A stretch of DNA of 64,000 bases from Lingula anatina (taxonomy: Eukaryota; Animalia; Brachiopoda): assembly GCA_051362555.1 (NCBI GenBank), contig CM120644.1:2860954-2924953 (forward strand). The letters are read 5' to 3'. Below the pieces are notes generated by a model, which was not told the DNA's origin, ran no database searches, and saw only the letters and a list, made by a program, of their open reading frames with translations. The position numbers were made by a program, and so were the translations under genes. Position 1 is the first letter of the stretch, and every line of letters begins with the position of its first letter. Shown here piece after piece: positions 1 through 46,600 of this stretch.

Positions 1-63
1 AAGTTGACAAAGTGGGGTTGTACTAAGATGTTTCAAATCTACAAATGCTGCACTATAAGACTA

Positions 64-289
64 GGTTCCCATGCCTAGATCGATCCATCTGGATCAACTT
101 AACTCCCTGGGGGTTCACGCCAAATTGCTATCAGCTTAAGGGGCTTAAATGTCTGTCATGCCTACCGAATCTGCTGGGGGGGGGGGGGGGGGGGGGGAGG
201 TAATTAACTGGGCCTCGCCGATAGCAGATAACAATTTAGTGAGACTCCCCATGGAAATAGATCGATCCAAATATCTGTGGGATGGTCCC
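64..289 (-). mobile_element. Diverged, inverted copy of the 215-bp MITE family with poly-G expansion
   Basis: aactccctgggggttcacgc, tagtgagactcccc and atagatcgatc are reverse complements of segments of copies A/B. Confidence 0.7.
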
Positions 290-933
290 TAAGTTTTGAA
301 AGCTGCCCACTGTTCCCATCAGTGGGTCAGGCATCTAAATATAATCAATTCACATGGAGGACTCTGAACTTAGGTGGTAAAAAGCCAGCAACAGAACAGA
401 AGATGGGAAAGCTAATAAAGTCTATGGCCATTACATCTTGTACTTTGCCTCTATTGTTAATTAAGAACCAGTGGGAAAAAAAAGAAAAAACAGATAAAAT
501 TAATTATAGGTATACTATCCATGTTTGAAAATGCTCTAGAATCATGTTCTCTATGTCTATATGTATGCTGCAAAGCTAATTATCTGTCCTAATTCAGACA
601 TTTTAAAAATGATACAACCCCTGCTGATATTTCGTTCTCAAGTGTACCGGGAGACAAAACAGTCTAAATAACTGACCAGCCTTTTAGAATTAAATCATTT
701 CATTAGAAATGGTATAAAACAACACATCCAAGTGCAGGGAGGAGGCAAACAATACTTTGTGAGTTGGAAAAAAACATATTTTTCATGGTTTGATCTGACC
801 TGGCAGGAAAATTCCAGATAGAATACCTTTAATAAAAAAAACACATCTCAAGGATTCAGCAGCAGCAAAAAGCAGAGATGCACACCTAACACATTCTGGT
901 TGTTACAATAATGCATTTTTCGATGGCACTAAC

Positions 934-35639
<34,706 letters not shown>

Positions 35640-35679
35640 CAGTCCCTAGTACCGGCTTTTCAATTCGCAGCTCACCTTG

Positions 35680-35735
35680 CCAAGCGATGACGTCACAGAG
35701 TATTATTCTCTCCTCCTCTTCAAAAGATTGGGCAG
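35680..35735 (-). promoter_or_regulatory. Putative proximal promoter of the Ig gene (CRE + CCAAT)
   Basis: Perfect CRE TGACGTCA at 35688-35695 and ATTGG (CCAAT on minus) near 35727, 50-90 bp upstream of the ATG in a CpG-rich zone. Confidence 0.45.
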
Positions 35736-36144
35736 GTGTCTATGTGTCTCGCGTGCTGCGGTTTTGGTGTTAGGTTACAACTAACACAACCAGAGAAATA
35801 ATGACCACTTGGATTGTGATAACTGAAATAACACGAAACACAATATATCTTAACGATCTCAGCTAACGGATTTAATACAGCACTGCGAAAGCAAGAACTG
35901 GCAGGATTTTAAGCAATGCGAGATAGAAGTAGCTTTTATTATTATTATTTTTTTTATTTGAACACGACAACTGAAATTGAAAGCTGCCTTCCGTGTGATT
36001 ATGAATCACACTTTTGATTTCGGGTTCCGTAATTCAATGCCACCTTATTTAGAACTGATGAATACATTATTACGCTGGGATGAAACCCTTCCAAAAATCC
36101 AATGTCGCCAACTATCAATCACCTTTTCCCTAATCTGACAGCTG

Positions 36145-36653
36145 CAGGGCCGTAGCCTGAGCAAAATGCCAGGGGGGGCAGTAAGCGGACACGAGGGGGC
36201 GAAGCCCCCGAGGGAGGTGGGTGTGGGAGGGGGTGTCCCCCTCCCACGGTGTGGAAAATTTTAAAAAAAGCTGAATGTATAATACTGCATTCTGGTGCAT
36301 TTTAACTGTTATTTATTGCTCAATCAGAAGTCAGAAATTGTGGGTTCATTTTGCCATAAATACAGTCATTTTTTCAACACAACACGCCAATTGGCCTGGG
36401 GGATAGCTCCCTAGGGGAGGGTGAGCTTTTTGGCATGAAGTGAGTTGGCTAAAAACAGTACTCCTTTGTAAACAGATTGTTGAATGATTGTCTAGTGGTC
36501 ATGAGTGCATTTTTTCACAGAATTGATACCAACTTTGCAATTTTTTTTTTACCTTTGCGATTATTATTATTATTTTTTTTTTTTTTTTGCACCTCAAATC
36601 CCGGGGGGGGGGGGGGGGGGGGGGGGCAGCTGCCCCAGGAGGCTACGGCCCTG
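36145..36653. mobile_element. hAT-like MITE (CAGGGCCGTAGCCT TIRs)
   Basis: 14-bp perfect TIRs, G-rich subterminal tracts; flanks CAGCTG/CAGCCG (6-bp TSD with one mismatch). Confidence 0.8.
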
Positions 36654-38730
36654 CAGCCGTTAAATAAATTTTATTTAATCAGTTTTATTCCATCAGTTTT
36701 TTTCTCTTTACACAGGTTAGCAAATACATTTAGAACGCAACGGATAAAAAGTTGAAAGATAATCATGATATTTATTTTGCAAATGTAAGTTTAAGTTAGG
36801 TTTACAGTTATAATAGTAGTGTTATCTTAATACTAAAAGAGACATAAAAGACATTCTTCTTAAACAAGTTGGGGGAGTCGGGCCACGTTTTTATGGGACA
36901 ATATCCCACAAAACAGAATTGTTACCCGTGTTGAAGACTTGTCGCGCCGTCTACAGGAGATAATTGCAGGACGCGGTAGACGCACACGCTGTTAGGCACG
37001 TGACTTTTAACGAGCACACCCTAATGCTAATTGTGTGTGAATTTGGTGACATTTGATGGCGTCTTTTAAATTCAATAGACTTTTCTTTACATCAGTAGAA
37101 GTCACAGTGAAACAGTGGATTTGAGGGGGTACCTCTTATAAATTTTACTAAATGGTATAAAATATGTATATTTTCACCACTATTTTGTATTTTTTTATAC
37201 TATCAATCATGATAGACACGGTATCTGTAATAAAAAGCACTATTTCTAACAATTTACAGCTGTGAGGTAATCATTTGTAAATAAAAGTACATGGAAATGG
37301 GGGTGGGACAACCTTTTTGACCAATGTTGTATAGCAGTTAGCACGCCAGGCTGTCACCTGATCGGTTTATGAATTCAAATATTAAATTAGTTACCATTGA
37401 GCATAAATGTAGCGATGTTATTAAAGTGGTTCAGAGATACAAAACCGACTTTGATCACTTATTTTGCATTTTGATAGACAATGGAGAGTGACAAAATGCG
37501 ACAGGAAGCAAAACTGGTGATGGCTGCTAAAAGAATCTGCACTTTTTCCGCTGGACTGAAAATATCTGTGGAGTTTGTTAATACATTTACGCCGACCCCT
37601 CTCTTTATAAGAATCTGATCACAGGAGCTGGGGCAGTCAAAAGTAAATCGTTAGCCAAGAGCCAAGAGCCGTTTCGACCCTTCGTCAAAGGGCCTAGATC
37701 ACGATTTACTCTTTAAACATATTTGGGCTCTTTTTTATGACGATTTCTTTTTTGGCAACGCATTGTTTGTTTTAACAAAATTATTGAATTATACATATTG
37801 CACGAATGATGCCGCCTACAACAAAAACATGGTTATCCACTTGAATGTTCAATTATGAAGTCGGAAATACGTGCAGAAAATAGCCCTGTTGTTTACGAAA
37901 CCTCGGCGTAAATTATTGAAGAAACACATGTAGATAGAAACATCTATCTGTCATGCCCTGCCACATAGAAATGACACGTGTCTTTTTTTTTTTTTTTTTT
38001 GTTTTTTTTTTTTTTTTTGTTCATCCCCACTATAAGAAAATTAAAACAGGCGAAATGAGAAATTTTCCCGATAGAATTTTTCCCTGTCTTCACTACCTCC
38101 GCCCCCCCCCCCCCCCCCCCAAACCTTTGGAAATAGTTGGCAAGTAAACATAAAAAACACTGCTTATTCGAACTCACAATGAGGGTCTTCAATGAAATAA
38201 GCAGCTCTCAGTACCAGGTTGTCCTGCAGCTGCTTGCTCACCCACACGTTTGAGATTCCACCTGTTTTCCTGCTTCAACACAAAACAATTGCATAGGTCA
38301 ACAGGCATAATCAAATAATCCATTAAAATATTAATCATGATATTTGTCATTGTTTTACAGGTGCCTTGAACAATCTACCTGTTTTCCATTTGAACAAAAT
38401 CCGACTAGAAAAGTGAAATAAATAATTGAAATACACTGTTTAATTATTTATTATTACTTGTCTAAACTGAGCAAATACTCCCATTCTGGCGTCAGCATTG
38501 TACGAAAGGCTACAAATTCCGAGGTCGCGTCCTTTTTATATCTTATTTCCCTTTGCTCTCGCAGGTGAAAACTAAGAACTTCATCAATTATTACATCTCT
38601 CTATTATTCCCCAAATAATGTGCATAATTTAATTTCCCACATTTGTCAAGATCAAAAAAGGTTCACTAGTTAATCACCTAATTTTTGTTTATTCCAAGTG
38701 TTTTCAGAGTTCCGGAGGCAACTCAATGCC

Positions 38731-38830
38731 TATATAATAAGATGGTATTCAGACTTTGCCTTCGTATTCCCCCGGACAAATCCACGGGCCCGCACACCAA
38801 GAAACATCTTGCAAAGACGACTCCAGTAAG
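38731..38830 (+). promoter_or_regulatory. Putative TATA box and non-coding first exon of the CAP gene
   Basis: TATATAA at 38731 and a consensus donor AAG|GTAAGT at 38830/38831. This would explain the acceptor at 39361 upstream of the ATG. Confidence 0.55.
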
Positions 38831-39372
38831 GTAAGTTTTTAAACTAACGTGTCTTTGACAAAGCCGGTGTAACGTGACAAAGAGTCCCCCATGATAGAGA
38901 GTCCGCTTCTCATTCATTTGTACAAGTAGATTTTGACCCCCTTAGGTCAGGCTAACCCTAATCATTATAACTAAATGGAGGGAGGACTTACTTTTACACG
39001 GACCCTCAGTTTCGTTACACCGGGAGCAAAAATAAAGTGGTATCCGTTGTTCAAGAATAACGACAAAGGTCAATATAGCTTGCTCTGTTTCAGCTTGCTT
39101 GTTTTTCGAACCGATGCGTTAATTGTAGCATACATGTAGATTTCTTGTAGCACGCGTTGAAAATTTAAAATCGCGAGGCAATGTCTACAAGAGTTTCAAA
39201 CGACGTTATTTACAACCAGGTACTAAAACAAAAAGAAATCTTTGCCAAAAGTAAACATGGGTGTAAATATATGTGAAAATCTCATATTTGTTCATTTACA
39301 ACAAAACGTGAGCTTGTCATCTCTCTTTTTTTTTCTGAGTTTCTTTTTTTTTTTTTTTCAGACAGGACAACT

Positions 39373-39430
39373 ATGGTGTCGATCCTTTCGCTGTTGACCA
39401 TACTTTCACTGGCTTATACACGTACTCTGG
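39373..39430 (+). CDS. CAP gene first coding exon (signal peptide MVSILSLLTILSLAYTRTL)
   Basis: Strong poly-T acceptor at 39361, ATG at 39373, G|gtatg phase-1 donor. Confidence 0.82.
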
Positions 39431-42400
39431 GTATGGTGCATTGAAACTTTGAGTAGACTATGAGTAAAGAATTCAAAGTGAAACATCAATTTATAAAGAA
39501 CGTATAGATAGGCCTATAGATGTAGCAATTCATAATAATGAAGCAAATTTATTATTAATGTAAAAAGCTAAGATAATTGCATGTACACTGTAAAAACAGT
39601 GTTTAGCATTTAAATACATACAACACACGTTAGGCACCTATACGCATTTAGAAATCTGTGTAAATGCTAAACGCGTATAGCTTTTCAAACGCTTCACAGA
39701 AGAAAAAGCTAGACACGTTGGCATTGTTACACGTTTAGCTATGTGTTTAGCTTCACCGGCATATGATTCTATAACAAGTCTATCACAAGCTAAGCACATT
39801 GGCTAAGCACTTCCCCTGCTAATCGCGTGAGGCTGCTAAACATATGGAGCTGCTATAGGTGTGGAATTCCTTAACGCGTGGAGCTGCTAAACAACATGTT
39901 TAGCTTTTCAAGCTCGTCACAGAAAAAAATGCTTCACAATCCCATATATACATGTACGATCCCATAACAAGTTTATTACAAGACTCAACAATTTTGCTTA
40001 ACACTTCCCCTTGTAAACATATGGGGCTGTTGGAGGCGAGAAGCAGCCTGCTCGTTGTATCCTTCCTTGCAGTGACGTGTGATTATTTAAAATAGGCCTT
40101 TTAAGTAATAATCCAAATAACAAATAACGTTTTCACGACGTTATCAGCTGGTTACATGATGGTGATGGTATAGAATAACGTCATGGTAACGTTATGGGTG
40201 TTTTTAACTCCATGCAAAATGATGCACTTGCAGTTTTATAAGCGTTTTATAACATTCTGGAAAAACATTATTTAATGTTTTGAAAACTTTTTTTATTAAT
40301 CACCAAAACACGTCTTATGCTGTATGAACTATAGTTAGCGGTTAATTCCAAATGGGCTTGGGTTAGTCGGCGACTAGAGCGGTGCGATTTGAAAAATATT
40401 CGGACTATCGTTACCAAAATAACCAGCATGTGATAAAAGCTTAAATAAACCATTATAATGAATACCCCACCATCATCCTGATGTTCTATTGTTCATTACT
40501 TCCGGAAAAAATAAATGAACATCAATACCTTAACGCATTTTATCAAAATATGAAAAAAATGTTTTAAAGTAAAAGTGATAGTTGTTTCGTGTCTTTAGTA
40601 CACTAGTGAATTTTCCTAACTTGTTTTTCAGAAATATATTCCAATTAACTTCCTCGCAAGGTCAGCTAACACAAGGATGAATAAGTCCCTTCTGTTTTCT
40701 AGAATCTAGACATTACGTGAACAAAACTATACAAAATCTAGAACTGCAAGACGGTACTGTTATTTTTGATCAAAAGGAAATACTTAATGAAGCTAAATTA
40801 TTTTATGAGCGTCTGTATTCCTCAAAAAAAGAATTTGTAGAAAAAACTGATCTTCGAGTCCTTCTTGACCAATTTAACGTGCCTAAATTAAATGATACCG
40901 AAAAAGAACTGCTACAGGGAGAAATCTCCAAGACAGAACTTCTTACAGTCCTAAAGAAAATGAAGAATAACAAATCTCCGGGTTCCGACGGTTTTACAAC
41001 TGAGTTTTACAAATTTTTTTGGTCAGATTTGAAAGAATTTATGGTCAGAACGGTAAATGAAGTATTTCGTAAAGAAAGGTTACCAACTAGCCAGAAACTC
41101 GGCATTATTACTTGTATCCCGAAAGGGGACAAGAATAGAAAATTTTTACAAAATTGGCGACCTATAACATTATTAAATGTATTTTATAAACTAATATCCG
41201 GATGTATAGCTGAACGAATGAAAACTGTATTAGACAAACTAATTTCCCCTTCTCAATCTGGGTTTTTAGCTGGCCGCTATATAGGAGAAAACACACGGTT
41301 GATATATGACCTAATGCACATCACAGAAAAACGAAATATTCCAGGCTTGCTTGTTTTGATTGATTTTGAAAAGGCTTTCGATTCGGTTGACTGGGATTTT
41401 ATAATTAATGTACTGGATTTCTTTAATTTTGGTGACGCAATTAAAAAATGGTTTGGGATATTAAATTTTGACTACAGCGCCTCCATTAGTCAGTGCGGTC
41501 ATTTATCCGAGTACTTCAGAATCTCGAGAGGATGCCGTCAGGGTGACCCCCTCTCCCCGTACATTTTTATTTTATGTGCTGAAATACTTTCGTTATTGAT
41601 CAAGAATAATAGTGATATTACTGGTATAAAGATAGAGAATACAGAATTTAGAATATCACAATATGCTGACGACACTACCCTCATTCTCAACGGCAGCAGA
41701 CTCTCATTTCTTGCAGCCTTTAATACACTTGATTTCTTTTCAAAAATATCAGGTTTGGCGATAAATAAGAGTAAGACTAAACTAATTTGGATTGGCGCAA
41801 AAAAGTTTAGCAAGGAGGTGTTTCACCATGTAAGATGGAAGATGAATTGGGTTTATGACAGTTTTAATTTGTTAGGTATTGAATTTACATTGAATTTGCA
41901 GGATATGATAAAAACTAATTTTGAACAATACATCGTAAAAATTAAAAGAATGTTGCAACAATGGGAAAGGAGACCTTTGACGCCCATTGGCAAAATCACT
42001 GTACTGAAAACCCTGGTTGTACCCATGTTAAACCACCTATTCATTTCCCTTCCCAATCCAGATGAAACATACATGAAATTACTAAACACAATGTTCTTTC
42101 AATTTATATGGGGCAAAAAGACGGAAAAAGTGAAAAGGAGTGTAATAACTGGTAATTATGAACAAGGTGGTCTTAAGATGCTAGATTTATTTGACTTTAT
42201 TGCTTCTCTTAAATGTACTTGGATTAGAAGAATTTATCAGACAGACAACATATATGCTCCACTTCTCCAAGCTATTTTTGATCGAGATGTAATAAGTTAT
42301 ATATTTACTTTTGGGAATGCATATCTAGACAAGCTTATTAAGGATTGTAGTAACTGTTTTTGGAAAGATGTTCTGGTTTCCTGGAAATTGGTGTTAACAC

Positions 42401-43407
42401 GCTTACTAGAAAGAAAAAGTATAATATCTGTGGAGCCGATTTGGTATAATGATAATTTTAAGATTGGGGGCAAGCCTGTGTTTATAAGAAAATGGTTTAA
42501 CAAAGGCGTCAAAATTGTTAGCGATTTTCTTGAAAATAACAGAATTTTAACAAAGGAAGAATTTGAACAAAAATTTAGCCTACAAAACTGTTGTGCGCTC
42601 ACATTTTATGGTATACGAAACTCTATTAAGCACAGGCTTATGAATAAAGCGCATAACGATGTTCTTGAGATCACCTCTCACCCTTTTTTGCCTCAAGCAA
42701 TAGAGCTTCTTATCAAACATAGTAAAGGCTGTAGAGACTTTTATCAAACTCTCTACAAGCCAGCTACACGAATGACAAATGAAAAAAAATGGAACGCAAA
42801 GTCAAATTTTGATGTACATTGGAAAGATGTCTATAAGAACTGTTTCGAAACAACAAAGAACACCAAACTGCAGTGGTTCCAATACCGCATAATACATAGG
42901 CTCCTGCCTGTTAAATCATATTTAAAAACTATAGGGATTGAAAACGATGACGTCTGTTCTCTTTGTGGTGTTGCAAGGGAAGACATTTCGCATACTTTCT
43001 TCCAATGCGCGTATAGTAAAAAAATTTGGGAAGAACTGAAAGCTTACATCTTTAACAGAACGAATAAAAACATTACCTTTAATGAAAAATGCATCATTTT
43101 CGGCTATCCAACAAACCCAAACAGCCCAATTAATTTTGTTATTCTTTGTACGAAATTTTATATTTACAAAAGTTTCAAAAAGAAAGAATGTATGCGTCTT
43201 TCTTCACTCATAAATTACATAAAGGATCAATTTATAATAGAAAAATTCAATGCATTAAAAAAGCTAAATTTAACAAACTTTGAAAAAAAATGGGAAAATT
43301 GGTCAGACATGTTTGAATTTAATTAGCTTCAGCAAACTAATATTTTGCACTTTTTGCTTGTTTAATAATATGTTGTAGTTATGGATGAATACATTGTGGT
43401 ATCGATC

Positions 43408-43457
<50 letters not shown>

Positions 43458-43590
43458 ACCTATTGTTCATGAGATTATAAACTTGTATTCGTGTGTGTGA
43501 GAGAGAGAGTGTGTGTAAGAGAGAGAGTGAGTATGCAGTGTGCATTTACCATACTTGGGTATATGTACTTTCTTATACTGAAATTTTTCA

Positions 43591-43637
<47 letters not shown>

Positions 43638-46600
43638 CTGTAAAGATGATGGTGTGAATCAACTATGTTGACAGTTCACGGTACCCTGTTATAGATAGAG
43701 ATATCTATAGCAGTTAAAGGTTACCGTGACTTCGCGTGTGTGTAGTGACTGAAACAGTTGAAAACGTTACAACCTTAAAGTTAAACAAATACACCCTACA
43801 TTTATTAGACGTGAAGCACGTCAAAGCGTGTAACATGTTAATAGGCTAAACGTGCTTAGGTGCTAAACGCGTGGAAAAAATGAGACAAAACAGGCGCTTA
43901 GAAATGTGTCTCGGAGCTAAACGCTGTTTTTACAGTGTATCTATCTTATTAAGAGTTTTAAGTATTAATAACGGGTGTCTGGAGAAATGTTTTGAGATGA
44001 TAATATATGAAAAGGAGTAGTTAGTTAGATATATTTTACGTCTGTTTTTGATAGAAGTCCGTTTAGTTTCCGCTACCAATCAATGCCAAAAGGAATTGAT
44101 TTTGATTATTATTCAGAATCTTGCATGAACAAAAAACCATCGAATAAGCAAGGGCAATTATTAAAACCTTGCCAATTTCGAATTTTAAATATTCAAACTC
44201 AATTTAAAAACTTTCTAAAACTGATCACTATCTTATAAACAAAACCTATTCCGAAATAATAAATGAACAAATGAATCTTCCTCTTTTCACAACCCAGCAT
44301 CCAAACCCCATGTCAACGTGGAGATAGCCGTGGGCGATGTGTCGTCTGGTTCAGAACACAAGATGGAGCGGGTCCTCCGCAGTATCACCGGGTACAGCAA
44401 CGAAGACAAGATGGCGTTGGTGAACCAGCACAACCAGAACAGGAGACTTGTGAGCCCGACTGCCGCTAACATGAAGCGAATGGTACGTACTATCAACGTT
44501 AATTTATGGGCGTATTAGTTTACAAAGTTTGCAAAGTTTTTAACGAAAAGGGTGGATAGCGAATTTTCGGACTTGTAGCTGTTGCTAGTGGCATATTTTT
44601 GTTGACGATCGTCACAATTGCCGTTACGGTCAATAGGAATTACCTATAGACCTTGATCTGCCATACTCTAAAATAAAACGGAAGGATTTGTGAAACGAAA
44701 TTTTGACAGAAAGTAAAATGTTTTTTTTTTATTAGAACTTAACCCCATTCTGAATAAATATACTTAATATTATGATTATTCTTATGCTGAAAAACTGCCC
44801 GCCAATTTGCAAACCCTGAAAGTCCCAGAAATTATTCTGTCCATTTTACTTTTGGTTTCATTTAATTTTATTCTGTTTAAAAGATTTGGGACGACAGTCT
44901 GGGTGCCACTGCGCAGGCGTGGGCCAATGGCTGCGTTTATTCCCACAGTACTTCCGGTCTGGGCGAGAACCTGTATGCTCGGGCCGGTTCTGAACCTTCA
45001 GTGACGGGTCCGGTAGACGCTTGGTTCAGCGAGAAGGACTTCTACACGTACAGCATGAAGTCATGTGACTCAGGGAAGATTTGCGGCCATTACACACAGG
45101 TCAGTAGTACATGTGCACTTTTAAATTAAAAGTGGAAAAGTCATTCCGGTGTCGGGGGGGGGGGGGGGCGGTAACAGGGGGGTCCTGATCCCCTTTCGAT
45201 TTCTGAAAAAATCACACCAATGGCCCCCTCTTGAAATTAGAATTTCTAAATCGTACAAAAAGGCACTGTTCGTCCCCGAAAATACCAACATTTTTCGGGC
45301 CCTTCAGTGGACCCTGAACCCCACGCCAAGGGGAGGGGGAGGGTCGGCTTCGCATCCCTGCCCCACCCCCCACCCCCCTTCAAATAATCCTGGATCCGCC
45401 CCTGCATTCGGAGCAACTCGGGTAATTCCGTTGATAATTGCAAGATACGGAATCATGTAGGGTAGGCCGAATACGTGAAATAGAGATAAATAAGATGAAC
45501 CAGGCTTTATGAGAGAGTGGCAGGCAATGAAAAGAGAGAGAGAGAGTAGTTTGACATATTGACCATCCTTTCTCAATATTTTTAAAAATTGTGTCTACAA
45601 GCCAGAGTACTGGATAGTTCATGTATCGTATCGTGTCGTGTGTAATGGGTCCAGGCCTCAAGGTACTTAGCAACACGAGTGATAGAATACTTTGTTTACA
45701 TTTTTATAGACGGAAAAATATATGTTTAAGAAAATATGAGACCTTTATTGTTAAGTCTTGGAATGCCTTCACTTGTCAACTCAAATGCACGTAAAACAAA
45801 TCCTTCTCAATGTTTCACGAAAAACGAATACGGTCTATCACTAAATGTGACGCAAAAAATTTAAGATGTAGCACACTGTCGTTACTAATTTCTTTAATGA
45901 AGTGTGAGATCGTCTCATCATAGAGCATAAATGTCACCCAATCAGCCATGTATCAAATTCATGTATTCTCAGGGCGAATCTGGTGTTCTGATTAAGAGAA
46001 ATTAAGAACTAAAAGCCGTAATTAAAACATTATTTTTCCTTAATTAAAACCTTCATTTCCCCGTAATACGTGATTTGGATGAACCATGATTGAGATTGAT
46101 ATTGCAGTTAAACAATTGTCTTAAGCCATTTGTATGCCATCCAGACATTTGGGTATTCTTTCTTCCATTATTACATTTGGATGTAGTATTTGGAATGAAC
46201 TGGATAAAATGAAATAGAACATTAGCGTATATTCATTTATTAAGTGCGGCCAAAAAGAAGAAAGACGTGACCATGTAAAATATTTTACTTTACTTATATT
46301 AGCTCTGATCGAAGTACTAAATATTGACTACATTGTTTTAAGTTTTTCTATTGGATATTGTCACCCTTGGCCCAAAACTCCTATTTACTGCCTTATATAC
46401 ATTCTTTTGGGCAATAGATAAATCTTCAGTGTTCAGTGACTAAATTAATTAATATTTACACATGTCATCGTTCAGGTAAACGCTATTACGTGCTAAGTCA
46501 CAATGCATGGAAAATTATCAATTAAATATTCGACGGTACCACATTTTGTAACTTGTGAATTTATACGTAATGTTTCTAGCCTTCTTTTCTTTTGTATTAT

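Larger units (their letters stand above)
40690..43631 (+). mobile_element. 5'-truncated non-LTR retrotransposon (L1 group, Tx1-like)
   Basis: Begins in frame at FCFLESRHYVNKTI (EN-RT linker). RT and CCHC coding to 43326, 3' UTR with (ATT)n and (GT/GA)n, AATAAA at 43590, A39 tail. TSD AAGTCCC at 40683-40689 and 43630-43636. Confidence 0.93.
39586..43937. mobile_element. Non-autonomous CACTG-ended (CMC/EnSpm-like) DNA transposon, ~1.4 kb, interrupted by the LINE
   Basis: 22-bp TIRs CACTGTAAAAACAG(T/C)GTTTAGC with 1 mismatch, TA on both flanks, many subterminal GCTAAAC/GTTTAGC motifs, internal ~200-bp duplication (about 39675-40030). Confidence 0.82.

Noticed and set aside
37320-37365. tRNA-like 5' segment (gtatagcagttagcacgcc)
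   Set aside because: No B box or cloverleaf; at most a SINE relic. No tRNA or rRNA gene recognised in the window.
40717-40719. GTG as start of an 869-aa RT gene
   Set aside because: The frame is open back to the TSD at 40690; it is a truncation breakpoint, not an initiation site, and not a host or prokaryotic RT system.
41538-42602. Antisense ORFs within the LINE
   Set aside because: Shadow frames of ORF2.
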